From an uncultured Myxococcales bacterium (lineage in GTDB: Bacteria; Myxococcota_A; UBA9042): a stretch of DNA of 64,000 bases. Positions 17,619 to 25,597 of this stretch are shown here, piece by piece; positions within the stretch are counted from its first letter, which is position 1; every line of letters begins with the position of its first letter. The position numbers were made by a program, and so were the translations under genes. The DNA is taken from contig CAIXGW010000063.1 in assembly GCA_903919145.1 (NCBI GenBank), forward strand, positions 8,253-72,252, given 5' to 3'. The notes under the pieces were generated by a model. That model saw only the letters and a program-made list of their open reading frames with translations, did not search any database and was not told where the DNA came from.

Positions 17619-18814
17619 CCGCGGCAAGCCAACCTAGGCCCCCTCGCCGGCCCAAGCTAGCCAGCTTGCTCGTCAGCTTTGTGGCCGTAGCCATGGGGCT
17701 TTCTGCGGTGGCTCAGGCCGTCGAGCCGACTTCTTGCGACATCAAGACCGGCCCTTCTTGCGCATGGAAGGAGGGCTGCGACTGCGACCACGACGGCTAC
17801 GTGATCGGCAGTGGCAAAGCGTCAAAATACTGCCATTTTCCCAAGTGCCCCATCGACTCCGATGACAAAGACCCCAAGAAGCTGGGCATTGTCTCAGCGG
17901 AAAACGCCGACGGCGACGGCTGGACCAAGGCCTACGACTGCAACGACACCGACAAATGCATCGGCAAGACCTGCGGCGTCAGCACCTGCGGCAGTGCGCC
18001 CGTCGATCCAGATGCCGATCAAGACGGCTTTGCCGCCAGCCTAGACTGCAATGACAAAGACCCCAACATCAAGCCGGGCTCGCCCGTCGCCTGCTGCAAC
18101 TGCGCAAATCTGAACGATCCCGACAAGGTCAAAGCGCTCGGCTGCAGCGGTTGTCCGCTCAGCCTGTCGCCGCCAGACGCGGGCTCGACCGACGCCGGCA
18201 GCGCTGACGCCGGATCGACGGGCCCCGACTCTCTCCAATTCGATGCCGCCGCGGATCCCGGCGACGGATCTGGCGATTCCGCCGGCCCTGACGTCGCCAC
18301 TGCAGATCTGGCCAGTCCAGAGCCCGGCAAGGCCGACGCCGGCAAGCCAGACACCGCCGCCCCGGCGCCCGGCGCCGCCGACTCCGCCGCCGCCAGCCCA
18401 GGCCCACTGACGGACGCCGGCAGCGCCTTTGACCCGCAGGGTGGCTTGCTGGTGGGCAGCCGCAGCGACGAGCGCCTGCCGCCTCCCCCTCCCGGCTGCA
18501 GCGCCGGAGCGCAGGGCCAGGCCCATTCTGCATGGTTGGCAGCGCTGTGGCTGATCGCGCTGGTCGCCTGGCGCGCCATGCAGCGGTCGCAGCGCCGCAG
18601 CGTGGCTGCGACCGCGGCGGTCCTGGCAGCGGCGGCGGTCTCGGCAGGGGCTTGCGTGCGCGTGGAGCCCTGGCAGCGCCAGAAGCTGGCCCACCGCTGC
18701 ATGGTTCTGGGCCGCAACGCCGGCGAAAAAGACCTGGAGCAACACGCCTTTCAGTACAGAGAGGGCTCGGCCGGCGGCTTTGGCGGCGGCGGTGGAGGCT
18801 GCGGTTGCAACTGA
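17615..18814 (+). CDS. Cys/Asp-rich secreted protein (TSP3-like DxDxDG motifs). An internal MYXO-CTERM-like segment is fused in frame to a DUF4266-like lipoprotein module
   Basis: ATGA overlap with the upstream gene and CAGGAGG 7 nt upstream. Signal peptide. The segment ..PPPPGCSAGAQGQAHSAWLAALWLIALVAWRAMQRSQRRS is followed without a stop by VAATAAVLAAAAVSAGAC..GGGGGGCGCN. I verified by hand that the frame between 18482 and 18814 has no stop. Confidence 0.55.
   Translation: MTAASQPRPPRRPKLASLLVSFVAVAMGLSAVAQAVEPTSCDIKTGPSCAWKEGCDCDHDGYVIGSGKASKYCHFPKCPIDSDDKDPKKLGIVSAENADGDGWTKAYDCNDTDKCIGKTCGVSTCGSAPVDPDADQDGFAASLDCNDKDPNIKPGSPVACCNCANLNDPDKVKALGCSGCPLSLSPPDAGSTDAGSADAGSTGPDSLQFDAAADPGDGSGDSAGPDVATADLASPEPGKADAGKPDTAAPAPGAADSAAASPGPLTDAGSAFDPQGGLLVGSRSDERLPPPPPGCSAGAQGQAHSAWLAALWLIALVAWRAMQRSQRRSVAATAAVLAAAAVSAGACVRVEPWQRQKLAHRCMVLGRNAGEKDLEQHAFQYREGSAGGFGGGGGGCGCN
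18578..18814 (+). CDS. Possible independently initiated DUF4266-like lipoprotein (78 aa) nested in frame in the previous CDS
   Basis: The ATG at 18578 gives MQRSQRRS-VAATAAVLAAAAVSAGAC (signal peptide plus lipobox-like AGAC), then ..VEPWQRQKLAHRCMVLG..HAFQYREGSAGGFGGGGGGCGCN*. From memory, the GCGCN ending and the pairing with a DUF3570 barrel protein are typical of DUF4266. No clear SD. Confidence 0.35.
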   Translation: MQRSQRRSVAATAAVLAAAAVSAGACVRVEPWQRQKLAHRCMVLGRNAGEKDLEQHAFQYREGSAGGFGGGGGGCGCN

Positions 18815-20124
18815 TCAGCGAGAAATATCGCCAGCCCATCCGCTCGCTGGCAGCGCTGCTGGCGGCGCTGTTGCCGTTGGTGGCGGCCCCAGGCGCAGCC
18901 GAGCCGGTCGCCCGCCCCGCCAAGAGGCTGGCCCACCCGCGCCCCAGCCGGTCGCGGCTGGCTCGGCTACGCCCGAGCACGGTGGGCGCAGCGCGGCCGG
19001 CCAGCTCCGCCGCTGAGGCAGCCGAGGTTCCCTTAGGCCAGTTGGCCTCTGATCTTGTGGTAGAATTTGTTCCGGCAGCGCAAGAACCACTGCCTACCGC
19101 TGCGCCTACCCCTGCCGGCGTCAGCGCAGAGACCCGCACCAACTACTACTTTGACAACGACCACAACCGCATCGTGACCCCCACCGTCCGCGTCGCCGCC
19201 GATCTAGGCGAGCGCTGGGCCGTCGCTGCCCATGCCGCGGTCGACATGATGACCTGCGCCTCGGTCGATGTGGTGAGTGCGGCGACTTCCAAGGGCTATT
19301 TCCAAGAAAACCGCCAGGAGTACGGCGCCTCGGTCACGGCCAAGCAAGAGCAGCTCAACATCACCCTGGGCGCCAGCCACTCGCAAGAGAATGACTACGC
19401 CTCGGCAACGGGGTCCATTGCAGTCAGCGACGAATTTGCCAAGCGAAATACAACACTATCTCTGGCCTACAGCTTTACCGGCTCTGACGTCGGCCGCGCC
19501 CACGACCCCACCTTTGTCCGCAGCCTAGACAGCCATGCCCTGACCGCCTCTTGGACGCAGGTGCTCGGCCGCGCCTGGGTCGGCCAGCTCAGCGGTTTTG
19601 TTGGCGTGCTCGACGGCTTTCAGTCCAGCGTCTACCGCTTTGTCCACTATGCCGACGGCACCTCTGGCCCCGAGGTGGCGCCCGATCTGCGCGTCCGCCA
19701 AGCCGTCGCCGCCGAGGTGCGCGGCGCCCTCAGCCAGACCTGGTTCAGCGGCGCCAGCTACCGCCTGTACAGCGACACCTGGGGCGTGCTTTCTCACACT
19801 GGCGAGGTAACGCTTTCGCACGCCCCGACCGACTGGCTGAATCTGCGGCTGCGCGACCGCGTTTATACCCAGCGCGGCGCCGGCTTCTACCAGGCCGTCT
19901 ATGACAAGCCCATGCGCTACAGAACGATTGATCGAGAACTCGGCACCATGTATGGCAATCTGATCGGAGTCAAGGCGGCCATCGACCTCGGCAGCCCCGC
20001 CAGCACCAGCAGCTGGCAGCTGGACCTCAAGTACGACTGGATGTGGCAGCACTTTGACGATTTCCGCTGGCTCCCAGAACGAACAATGTCAATGATTGAG
20101 GCGGGATTGCAGTACACATTTTGA
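18805..20124 (+). CDS. DUF3570-like predicted outer-membrane beta-barrel protein
   Basis: TTG at 18805, 6 nt after GGTGGAGG, overlapping the upstream stop (TTGCAACTGA). Signal peptide IRSLAALLAALLPLVAAPGAA. Alternating amphipathic strands, and a C-terminal ..GLQYTF typical of OM barrels. Confidence 0.55.
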   Translation: MQLISEKYRQPIRSLAALLAALLPLVAAPGAAEPVARPAKRLAHPRPSRSRLARLRPSTVGAARPASSAAEAAEVPLGQLASDLVVEFVPAAQEPLPTAAPTPAGVSAETRTNYYFDNDHNRIVTPTVRVAADLGERWAVAAHAAVDMMTCASVDVVSAATSKGYFQENRQEYGASVTAKQEQLNITLGASHSQENDYASATGSIAVSDEFAKRNTTLSLAYSFTGSDVGRAHDPTFVRSLDSHALTASWTQVLGRAWVGQLSGFVGVLDGFQSSVYRFVHYADGTSGPEVAPDLRVRQAVAAEVRGALSQTWFSGASYRLYSDTWGVLSHTGEVTLSHAPTDWLNLRLRDRVYTQRGAGFYQAVYDKPMRYRTIDRELGTMYGNLIGVKAAIDLGSPASTSSWQLDLKYDWMWQHFDDFRWLPERTMSMIEAGLQYTF

Positions 20125-20154
20125 TAAAGCCGCTTTCGAGTTGTGACTATGTCC

Positions 20155-20172
20155 ATTACTTGCAATAGTAAT
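20155..20172. promoter_or_regulatory. Perfect inverted repeat ATTACT-TGCAAT-AGTAAT in an AT-rich tlpA-apbE leader
   Basis: 18 bp palindrome inside the roughly 100 bp low-GC intergenic region 20125-20224. A candidate operator. Confidence 0.3.
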
Positions 20173-20224
20173 TTGAATCCACAGGCCTAAACCTACGCCC
20201 TCCCCAGCCCCCTCTGAGGTCAAC

Positions 20225-20743
20225 ATGCTTGCTGCGATCCTCTCTGCTGTGGCCTCTTGGCTATTGATGACCCCTGCTGCAGGAGCGCTGCCGCTGGCCG
20301 CGGGCCCGGCCGTCGCCCAGGTGGCTCCGCCGATCAAGGGCGCACTGCTCGATGGCAAAGCCTATGATCTGGCAGCGATGCGCGGCCAAGTGGTGCTGGT
20401 CGACTTCTGGGCGACTTGGTGCGAGCCGTGCAAGCTCAGCCTGCCGCGCTACGCCGCCCTGGAGCGCAAGCTGGGCAGTCAGGGCTTTCACATCCTGACG
20501 GTCAGCGTCGATGAAGAGGTCGACGTCCTGAAGCGCTTTGTCGCCGCCACCAAGCTGGGCCTGCGAGTCTTTCACGACCCCGAGTCCAAGGTGGCAGAGC
20601 GTTACCAGCCGGCCAAGATGCCCACCGCCTACCTGGTGGGCAAAGACGGCGCCATCACCTGGATCCACTCCAGTTTTGTGGTCGGCGATGAAGCCAAGGT
20701 GGAGGCCGAAGTGCTCAAGGCCCTGGCCAAGCCGGCGCCGTGA
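20225..20743 (+). CDS. TlpA/ResA-like periplasmic thiol-disulfide oxidoreductase (thioredoxin fold)
   Basis: Signal peptide. WCEPC active site in a redoxin-like context (VVLVDFWATWCEPCK). Confidence 0.8.
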   Translation: MLAAILSAVASWLLMTPAAGALPLAAGPAVAQVAPPIKGALLDGKAYDLAAMRGQVVLVDFWATWCEPCKLSLPRYAALERKLGSQGFHILTVSVDEEVDVLKRFVAATKLGLRVFHDPESKVAERYQPAKMPTAYLVGKDGAITWIHSSFVVGDEAKVEAEVLKALAKPAP

Positions 20744-22161
20744 TCCGCTGGCGCGCGCGGTGGCTGGTTGCGCTGGCCCTGGCGCTGCCCGCAGGCTGGG
20801 TCGGGCAGGCTGCCGCGCTTAAGGCGCAGACCGCGCCCGCCGCCGTGCAGGTGCCGCACCCCGAGGGCGGCGGTCGGCCGGCAGTGGCCCACCTGCCCAT
20901 GAACCCAGGTGAAATTGCCGCCGTGTGGCCGGCCGCGCGGCTGTCTGCACCTCAGCGCAAGCAAGCCCAGCTCAAGCTGGTGGCCCTGGTCGGGCCCGCC
21001 GCTGGCTACACCACGGCGCAGCTGGACGCCCTGGCCCGCCAGTTGCTGCTGCAGACGGCGCCACTGGCCATCGCCGCCGTGCCGCAAGAGGTGGACGGTC
21101 TGGTCATCGACGCGGCCAACCACTGGCTGTTTGCCGGGCGAATGCGCGACCGCTTGGCCAACAGCTCGGCAGAGTATCAGCTCTTTCGCGCCCCTATCAT
21201 GAGCACCGCCATCGAAGTGCTGCTGCCCAAGGGCCCCGATGCCCAGCGCCAAGCAGACGGCGTGTTTGGCATTTTTCGCCAATTAGAACAACAGCTTAAT
21301 GAGTGGAAGCCGGGCTCGCCCATCGCGGAGGTCAATCGCCTGGCCGGCAGCGCCGCCGTGCAGGTCGATGCCGACGCCATCGCGCTGCTGAACCAGGCCC
21401 TGGAAGTCAGCAGGCGCACCGGCGGCGCCTTTGACCCGACCTGGGCGGCCCTGTGGGGAGTCTGGGATTTCTCTGACCACAGCCAGGGCCTTGTGCCCGA
21501 TCCCGCTGAGATCGCCAGGCGAATCCCCCTCATTGACTACCGCAAGGTGGTGGTGAACCCGCAGGCCTCCACCGTTGCGCTGCCCGTCGCCGGCATGAAG
21601 CTGGGCCTGGGCGGCATCGCCAAGGGTTGGGCGCTGGCCCGCGCCGGCCGCTGGCTGAAAGAGCAGGGCGCACCCAGCTTTTCGCTGTCAGCCGGCGGCC
21701 AGGTGCTGGTCGGTGGTCGGCATGGGGCTCGACCGTGGCGGGTCGGGCTGCGCCATCCGCGCGGTGCCCCGCAGGCGGTGCTGGCAGTGCTCGACCTGAG
21801 CGACGCCTCCATCTCGACCAGTGGCGACTACGAGCATTACTTTGAGCGCAACGGCGTGCGCTACCACCACATCATTGACCCGCACACTGGCCAGCCGACG
21901 CGGGGCCTGCAAAGCGCATCGGTAGTGGCCGCCGATGCCACCCTGGCCGACGCGCTGTCTACCGCGCTGATGGTCCTGGGCCGCCAGCGGGCCCTGGCGC
22001 TGGTCGCCGCTTGGCCTGGCGTCGAATGCGCCCTGGTCGACGATGCAGGGCGCCTGTGGCTCAGCAAGGGCCTGCAGGGCAAGGTGACGCCAGTGCCCTC
22101 AGCCAGCGCGGTCAAACCGGGCAAAGTGCATAGAGAAGCTGGCGCGCCCCTGGGTCTGTGA
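20740..22161 (+). CDS. apbE: ApbE-family FAD:protein FMN transferase
   Basis: GTG overlapping the tlpA stop (GTGA). N-terminal signal peptide. GGIAKGWALARA, FDPTWAALWG and SGDYE..RYHHIIDPHTGQP match ApbE motifs. There is a roughly 130 aa N-terminal extension. Confidence 0.8.
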   Translation: MIRWRARWLVALALALPAGWVGQAAALKAQTAPAAVQVPHPEGGGRPAVAHLPMNPGEIAAVWPAARLSAPQRKQAQLKLVALVGPAAGYTTAQLDALARQLLLQTAPLAIAAVPQEVDGLVIDAANHWLFAGRMRDRLANSSAEYQLFRAPIMSTAIEVLLPKGPDAQRQADGVFGIFRQLEQQLNEWKPGSPIAEVNRLAGSAAVQVDADAIALLNQALEVSRRTGGAFDPTWAALWGVWDFSDHSQGLVPDPAEIARRIPLIDYRKVVVNPQASTVALPVAGMKLGLGGIAKGWALARAGRWLKEQGAPSFSLSAGGQVLVGGRHGARPWRVGLRHPRGAPQAVLAVLDLSDASISTSGDYEHYFERNGVRYHHIIDPHTGQPTRGLQSASVVAADATLADALSTALMVLGRQRALALVAAWPGVECALVDDAGRLWLSKGLQGKVTPVPSASAVKPGKVHREAGAPLGL

Positions 22162-24186
22162 CCGCAGCTCGCTGGCATAGCCAAACATCTGCCGCAGCGG
22201 CGCTTCGGCCTGGACGACCCGCAGCCCGGCCGCTCGCTCCAGCACATCGCTGACCACGCCGCGGCGACTGCTCAGCGTCGCCAGCGCATCGCCCAGATAC
22301 TCGGCCGGCGCCGTCACCTCTATGGCCATGATGGGCTCCAGCATCACCGGCCCGGCTTTCAGCACCGCTTCGCGCACGGCCTTGGCGGTGGCAATCTGGT
22401 AGGCCATGGGCCTGGACTGACCGTCTCTCCAGTGGCCCTCCAGCAGGGTCACCCTCAGGTCATCCAGGGGATAGCCTTCTACCACGCCCGCCTGCATGGC
22501 ATCGTGGGCCCCCTGGCGGCAGGCCTGCGCCGTCTCGCCTTGCTGAAAGTGGCGGTCCAGCAGACCCGCATCCACGGCAAACTCAAAGCCGGCGCCGCGC
22601 GGCCGCGGCTCGACCCGCACCCGCACCGAGCCAAACAGCTGGACCTCCTCGCCGTGGCGCTCGGCCAGATGCCTCTCAAAAGTCCCTGTGGCTTCAGCGG
22701 TTTTGCCCACCGTCTCTCTCAGCATCACCTGCGGCTTGCCGGCGCGCACGTCCAGGCCAAAGGTCCGCCGCAGCCGGTCCACCGCCACCTCCAGGTGCAG
22801 CTCGCCCATGCCGCTGAGGATCAGCTCGCCGGTCTCCTTGTCTTCGCCGCTGCGCAGGGTCGGATCCTCGTCGGTCAGCTTGGCCAGGGCCTCGATCAGG
22901 CCTTCGCGGTCCTTGAGTGCCGCCGGCTCAATGGCCTGGCTGATCACCGGCTCGTAGTCCGTCAGCGTCTCCAGGATCAGCGGATGGTGGGTGTCGGCCA
23001 AGGTATCGCCCGTCATGGTCTTTTTCAGGCCCATCACCGCGCAGATCTGCCCGGCCGCCACGCTGATCACCCGGGTCTTCTGAACGGCGTGCAGCAACAG
23101 CAGCCGCGACACCTTCTCGCTGACCCCGCGCGCCGGGTTCCACACCTCGTCGCCTTCGCGCAGCGTGCCCGAGTACAGGCGCAGGAACACAAACCGCCGC
23201 CCCTCATCCAGCGCAGAGACCTTGAACGCCAGCGCGCACAGGGGCCCCTGGGCATCAGCGGGTCGCCGCTCCGTCTCGCCGCTGCGCGGATGCACGCCCG
23301 CGATGGCCGGCACGTCAAGGGGCGACGGCAGCCAGGCGCAGATCGCATCCAACAGCGGCGGAATCCCGCAGTTGCGCAGCGCCGAGCCGCACAGCACCGC
23401 CACAAACTGCCCGGCGATGGTCGCGCGGCGGATCGCCTGGCTGAGCTCGGAGGGGTCCAGGTCGCGGCCCTCCAGGTAGGCGTCGGCCACGGCCTCATCG
23501 GCATCTGCAAGTACTTCAATCAGTTCCTGACGGCGCTGCTCCTGATCGGCCGTCAGCCCCGGTTCCTCGGTCACGACCCGCGGATCCTCTTCATCGGGAA
23601 AGCGCAGTTGCCGGCGGTGGACCAGGTCGGCGCAGCCCTGCAGATCGCCCTCGCTGCCCAGCGGCCACTGCACCGCGGCGATCTTCTTGCCCTGCGGGCT
23701 GGCGCCAAAGTGCTGCCGCAGCGACGCCAGGGTCTTGGCAAAGTCCGCTCCTACCCGGTCCATCTTGTTGGCAAAGGCGATGCGCGGCACCTGCCAGCGG
23801 TCGGCCTGCCGCCACACCGTCTCGCTTTGCGGTTCCACGCCATTGGCCGCGTCAAAGACCGCCACTGCCCCATCCAGCACCCGCAGCGACCGCTCTACCT
23901 CGACGGTAAAATCCACGTGGCCCGGGGTGTCGATCAGGTGCAACTCGTGGTCGCGCCAGCCCATGCTGGTGGCCGCCGAGGTGATGGTGATGCCGCGCTC
24001 GCGCTCTTGGGGCATCCAGTCGAGCACGGCCTCGCCATCGTGCACTTCGCCCATGCGGTAGCTGCGGCCGGCGACAAACAGCAGCCGCTCGCTGACGGTG
24101 GTCTTGCCTGCGTCGATGTGGGCCATGATGCCCAGGTTGCGAACCATGCGCAGCGGCACGGAATTTGGGGAGTCCTTGTGGCTCAT
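22099..24186 (-). CDS. Elongation factor G paralog (EF-G-like translational GTPase)
   Basis: 695 aa. G1 AHIDAGKTT, G3 DTPGH, NKMD, and domains II-V co-linear with EF-G. The 3' end overlaps the apbE 3' end by 63 bp (convergent). Confidence 0.85.
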   Translation of the reverse strand: MSHKDSPNSVPLRMVRNLGIMAHIDAGKTTVSERLLFVAGRSYRMGEVHDGEAVLDWMPQERERGITITSAATSMGWRDHELHLIDTPGHVDFTVEVERSLRVLDGAVAVFDAANGVEPQSETVWRQADRWQVPRIAFANKMDRVGADFAKTLASLRQHFGASPQGKKIAAVQWPLGSEGDLQGCADLVHRRQLRFPDEEDPRVVTEEPGLTADQEQRRQELIEVLADADEAVADAYLEGRDLDPSELSQAIRRATIAGQFVAVLCGSALRNCGIPPLLDAICAWLPSPLDVPAIAGVHPRSGETERRPADAQGPLCALAFKVSALDEGRRFVFLRLYSGTLREGDEVWNPARGVSEKVSRLLLLHAVQKTRVISVAAGQICAVMGLKKTMTGDTLADTHHPLILETLTDYEPVISQAIEPAALKDREGLIEALAKLTDEDPTLRSGEDKETGELILSGMGELHLEVAVDRLRRTFGLDVRAGKPQVMLRETVGKTAEATGTFERHLAERHGEEVQLFGSVRVRVEPRPRGAGFEFAVDAGLLDRHFQQGETAQACRQGAHDAMQAGVVEGYPLDDLRVTLLEGHWRDGQSRPMAYQIATAKAVREAVLKAGPVMLEPIMAIEVTAPAEYLGDALATLSSRRGVVSDVLERAAGLRVVQAEAPLRQMFGYASELRSQTQGRASFSMHFARFDRAG

Positions 24187-24231
24187 GGTCCTCCAGCGGT
24201 TGCCGGGCGACAGCAGGCCAGCAGCAGTCGC

Positions 24232-25455
24232 CTACCCCAGCTCTACATACACCAATTCCACCATGCGCCGCAGTGCCTGCTCGACGACCTTGGTCTCTGG
24301 GTGGCGCAGCAGCGCGTAACCGTCGCCTTCATAGCTGGTGCTGGGTCGAGCACCGATGTGCGGCAGCTTGAGCTCGACAACTAGGTGTCCTACCTCGCGT
24401 TGAGCCTGCTCCAGCCCGTGGATCGCCTTGATTCTGCCCCGGCCCTGACCGCGAAAGAACGCGGCGCCCGCTGCAAATTTGCGCTGGGGCGGCGTGAACT
24501 GGCCGTGACACATCAGCAGCGCCCAGGCGCGGTACAGGTCAAAATCACAGGCCAGGCTGTTGAGGGTGACGATCTGCGCCCCTGGCGGCCGCGCGGCGAT
24601 CTCGCTGATGGCCAACCGCCCGTCTGGCCTGCGGAACCACTCCATGTGCGACATACCGGTGTCCATGCCCAGCGCCTGCAAAGCCGCATAGCCGGCCTTG
24701 CGCACGTCGTCATAGCGCGGGTCCTCGACCTCTTTGGGCAGCAACACGCACCACTGGATCCACGGATTGCGCACCACGTCCAAAGGGTTGGGCAAGTAGC
24801 GGGTCAGCGAGTGCCACAGCGGCTTGCCGGCCAGGCTTAGGACTTCAAAGCTGAACTCGTCTCCGGTGACAAATTCCTCAATCACCGCCGGGCGCAGGTC
24901 AGAGGGCCGAACCACCAGCAGGGCTTCGGCCAGGTCCTTGTCTCCATCGACGCGGAACGTCCCCTTGGACCCGGCGCCTTCGCGCGGCTTAAGCACCAGC
25001 GGATAGCCGACCTTGGCAGCAAACTGCCACGCATCAGAAGACGACTTGACCTCGTGGTGTCTCGCACACGGCAGGCCCGCGCTCTGCAGCACGTCCTTCA
25101 TCTGGGCCTTGTCGCGAAAATTGCGCGCCGCCACCGGGCTCAAGCCGCCCAGCCCCAAAGAGGCCCGCACGTCTGCCAGTTGCACCTGAATGTGCTCCAG
25201 GGCGCCAAACAGCTTGTCTACCTTGCCGTGCTTGCTCTGGATCAGCCGCACGCCGCGCTCGATGTGGCGGGCGTCCATCGCATCCTCCACTTGGCAGAAG
25301 CCGGCCAGCAGCTTGCGCAGGTCATCGGGGACCTTGTACGGCGCTTCCTGGCTCAGCAAAGAGCAGCGCACGTCTGGCGTCGCGGCCACCGCCCTGACAA
25401 AGCGCAAGGTGGTGTCCATGAAAAACGGGGCGACAAACACGACGTGAAGGGGCAT
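24232..25455 (-). CDS. ATP-grasp domain protein (carboxylate-amine ligase family)
   Basis: ATG at 25453-25455 (MPLHVVFVAPFF). YPLVLKPREGAGSKG and EEFVTGDEFSFEV are typical ATP-grasp B-loop and Mg-site elements. Confidence 0.7.
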   Translation of the reverse strand: MPLHVVFVAPFFMDTTLRFVRAVAATPDVRCSLLSQEAPYKVPDDLRKLLAGFCQVEDAMDARHIERGVRLIQSKHGKVDKLFGALEHIQVQLADVRASLGLGGLSPVAARNFRDKAQMKDVLQSAGLPCARHHEVKSSSDAWQFAAKVGYPLVLKPREGAGSKGTFRVDGDKDLAEALLVVRPSDLRPAVIEEFVTGDEFSFEVLSLAGKPLWHSLTRYLPNPLDVVRNPWIQWCVLLPKEVEDPRYDDVRKAGYAALQALGMDTGMSHMEWFRRPDGRLAISEIAARPPGAQIVTLNSLACDFDLYRAWALLMCHGQFTPPQRKFAAGAAFFRGQGRGRIKAIHGLEQAQREVGHLVVELKLPHIGARPSTSYEGDGYALLRHPETKVVEQALRRMVELVYVELG

Positions 25456-25597
25456 AGCGGATCCTTGGCGCCGGCTGAGTCGGGCGCCCATCGGGGTAGT
25501 GGGGCTTTGGGTGGCCACCCAGCAACTTCAACGTCCTGGCAGCTGGACCAGCGGCGAGTCAGCCAGAGGCGGTGTCCGTTGCTTGTTGGCGATGGCC

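Noticed and set aside
18450-18580. Treating the internal GCSAG..RRS segment as a true gene end with a missed stop codon
   Set aside because: I translated 18482-18814 codon by codon and found no stop in that frame. I therefore reported it as an in-frame fusion or nested start rather than silently splitting the gene.
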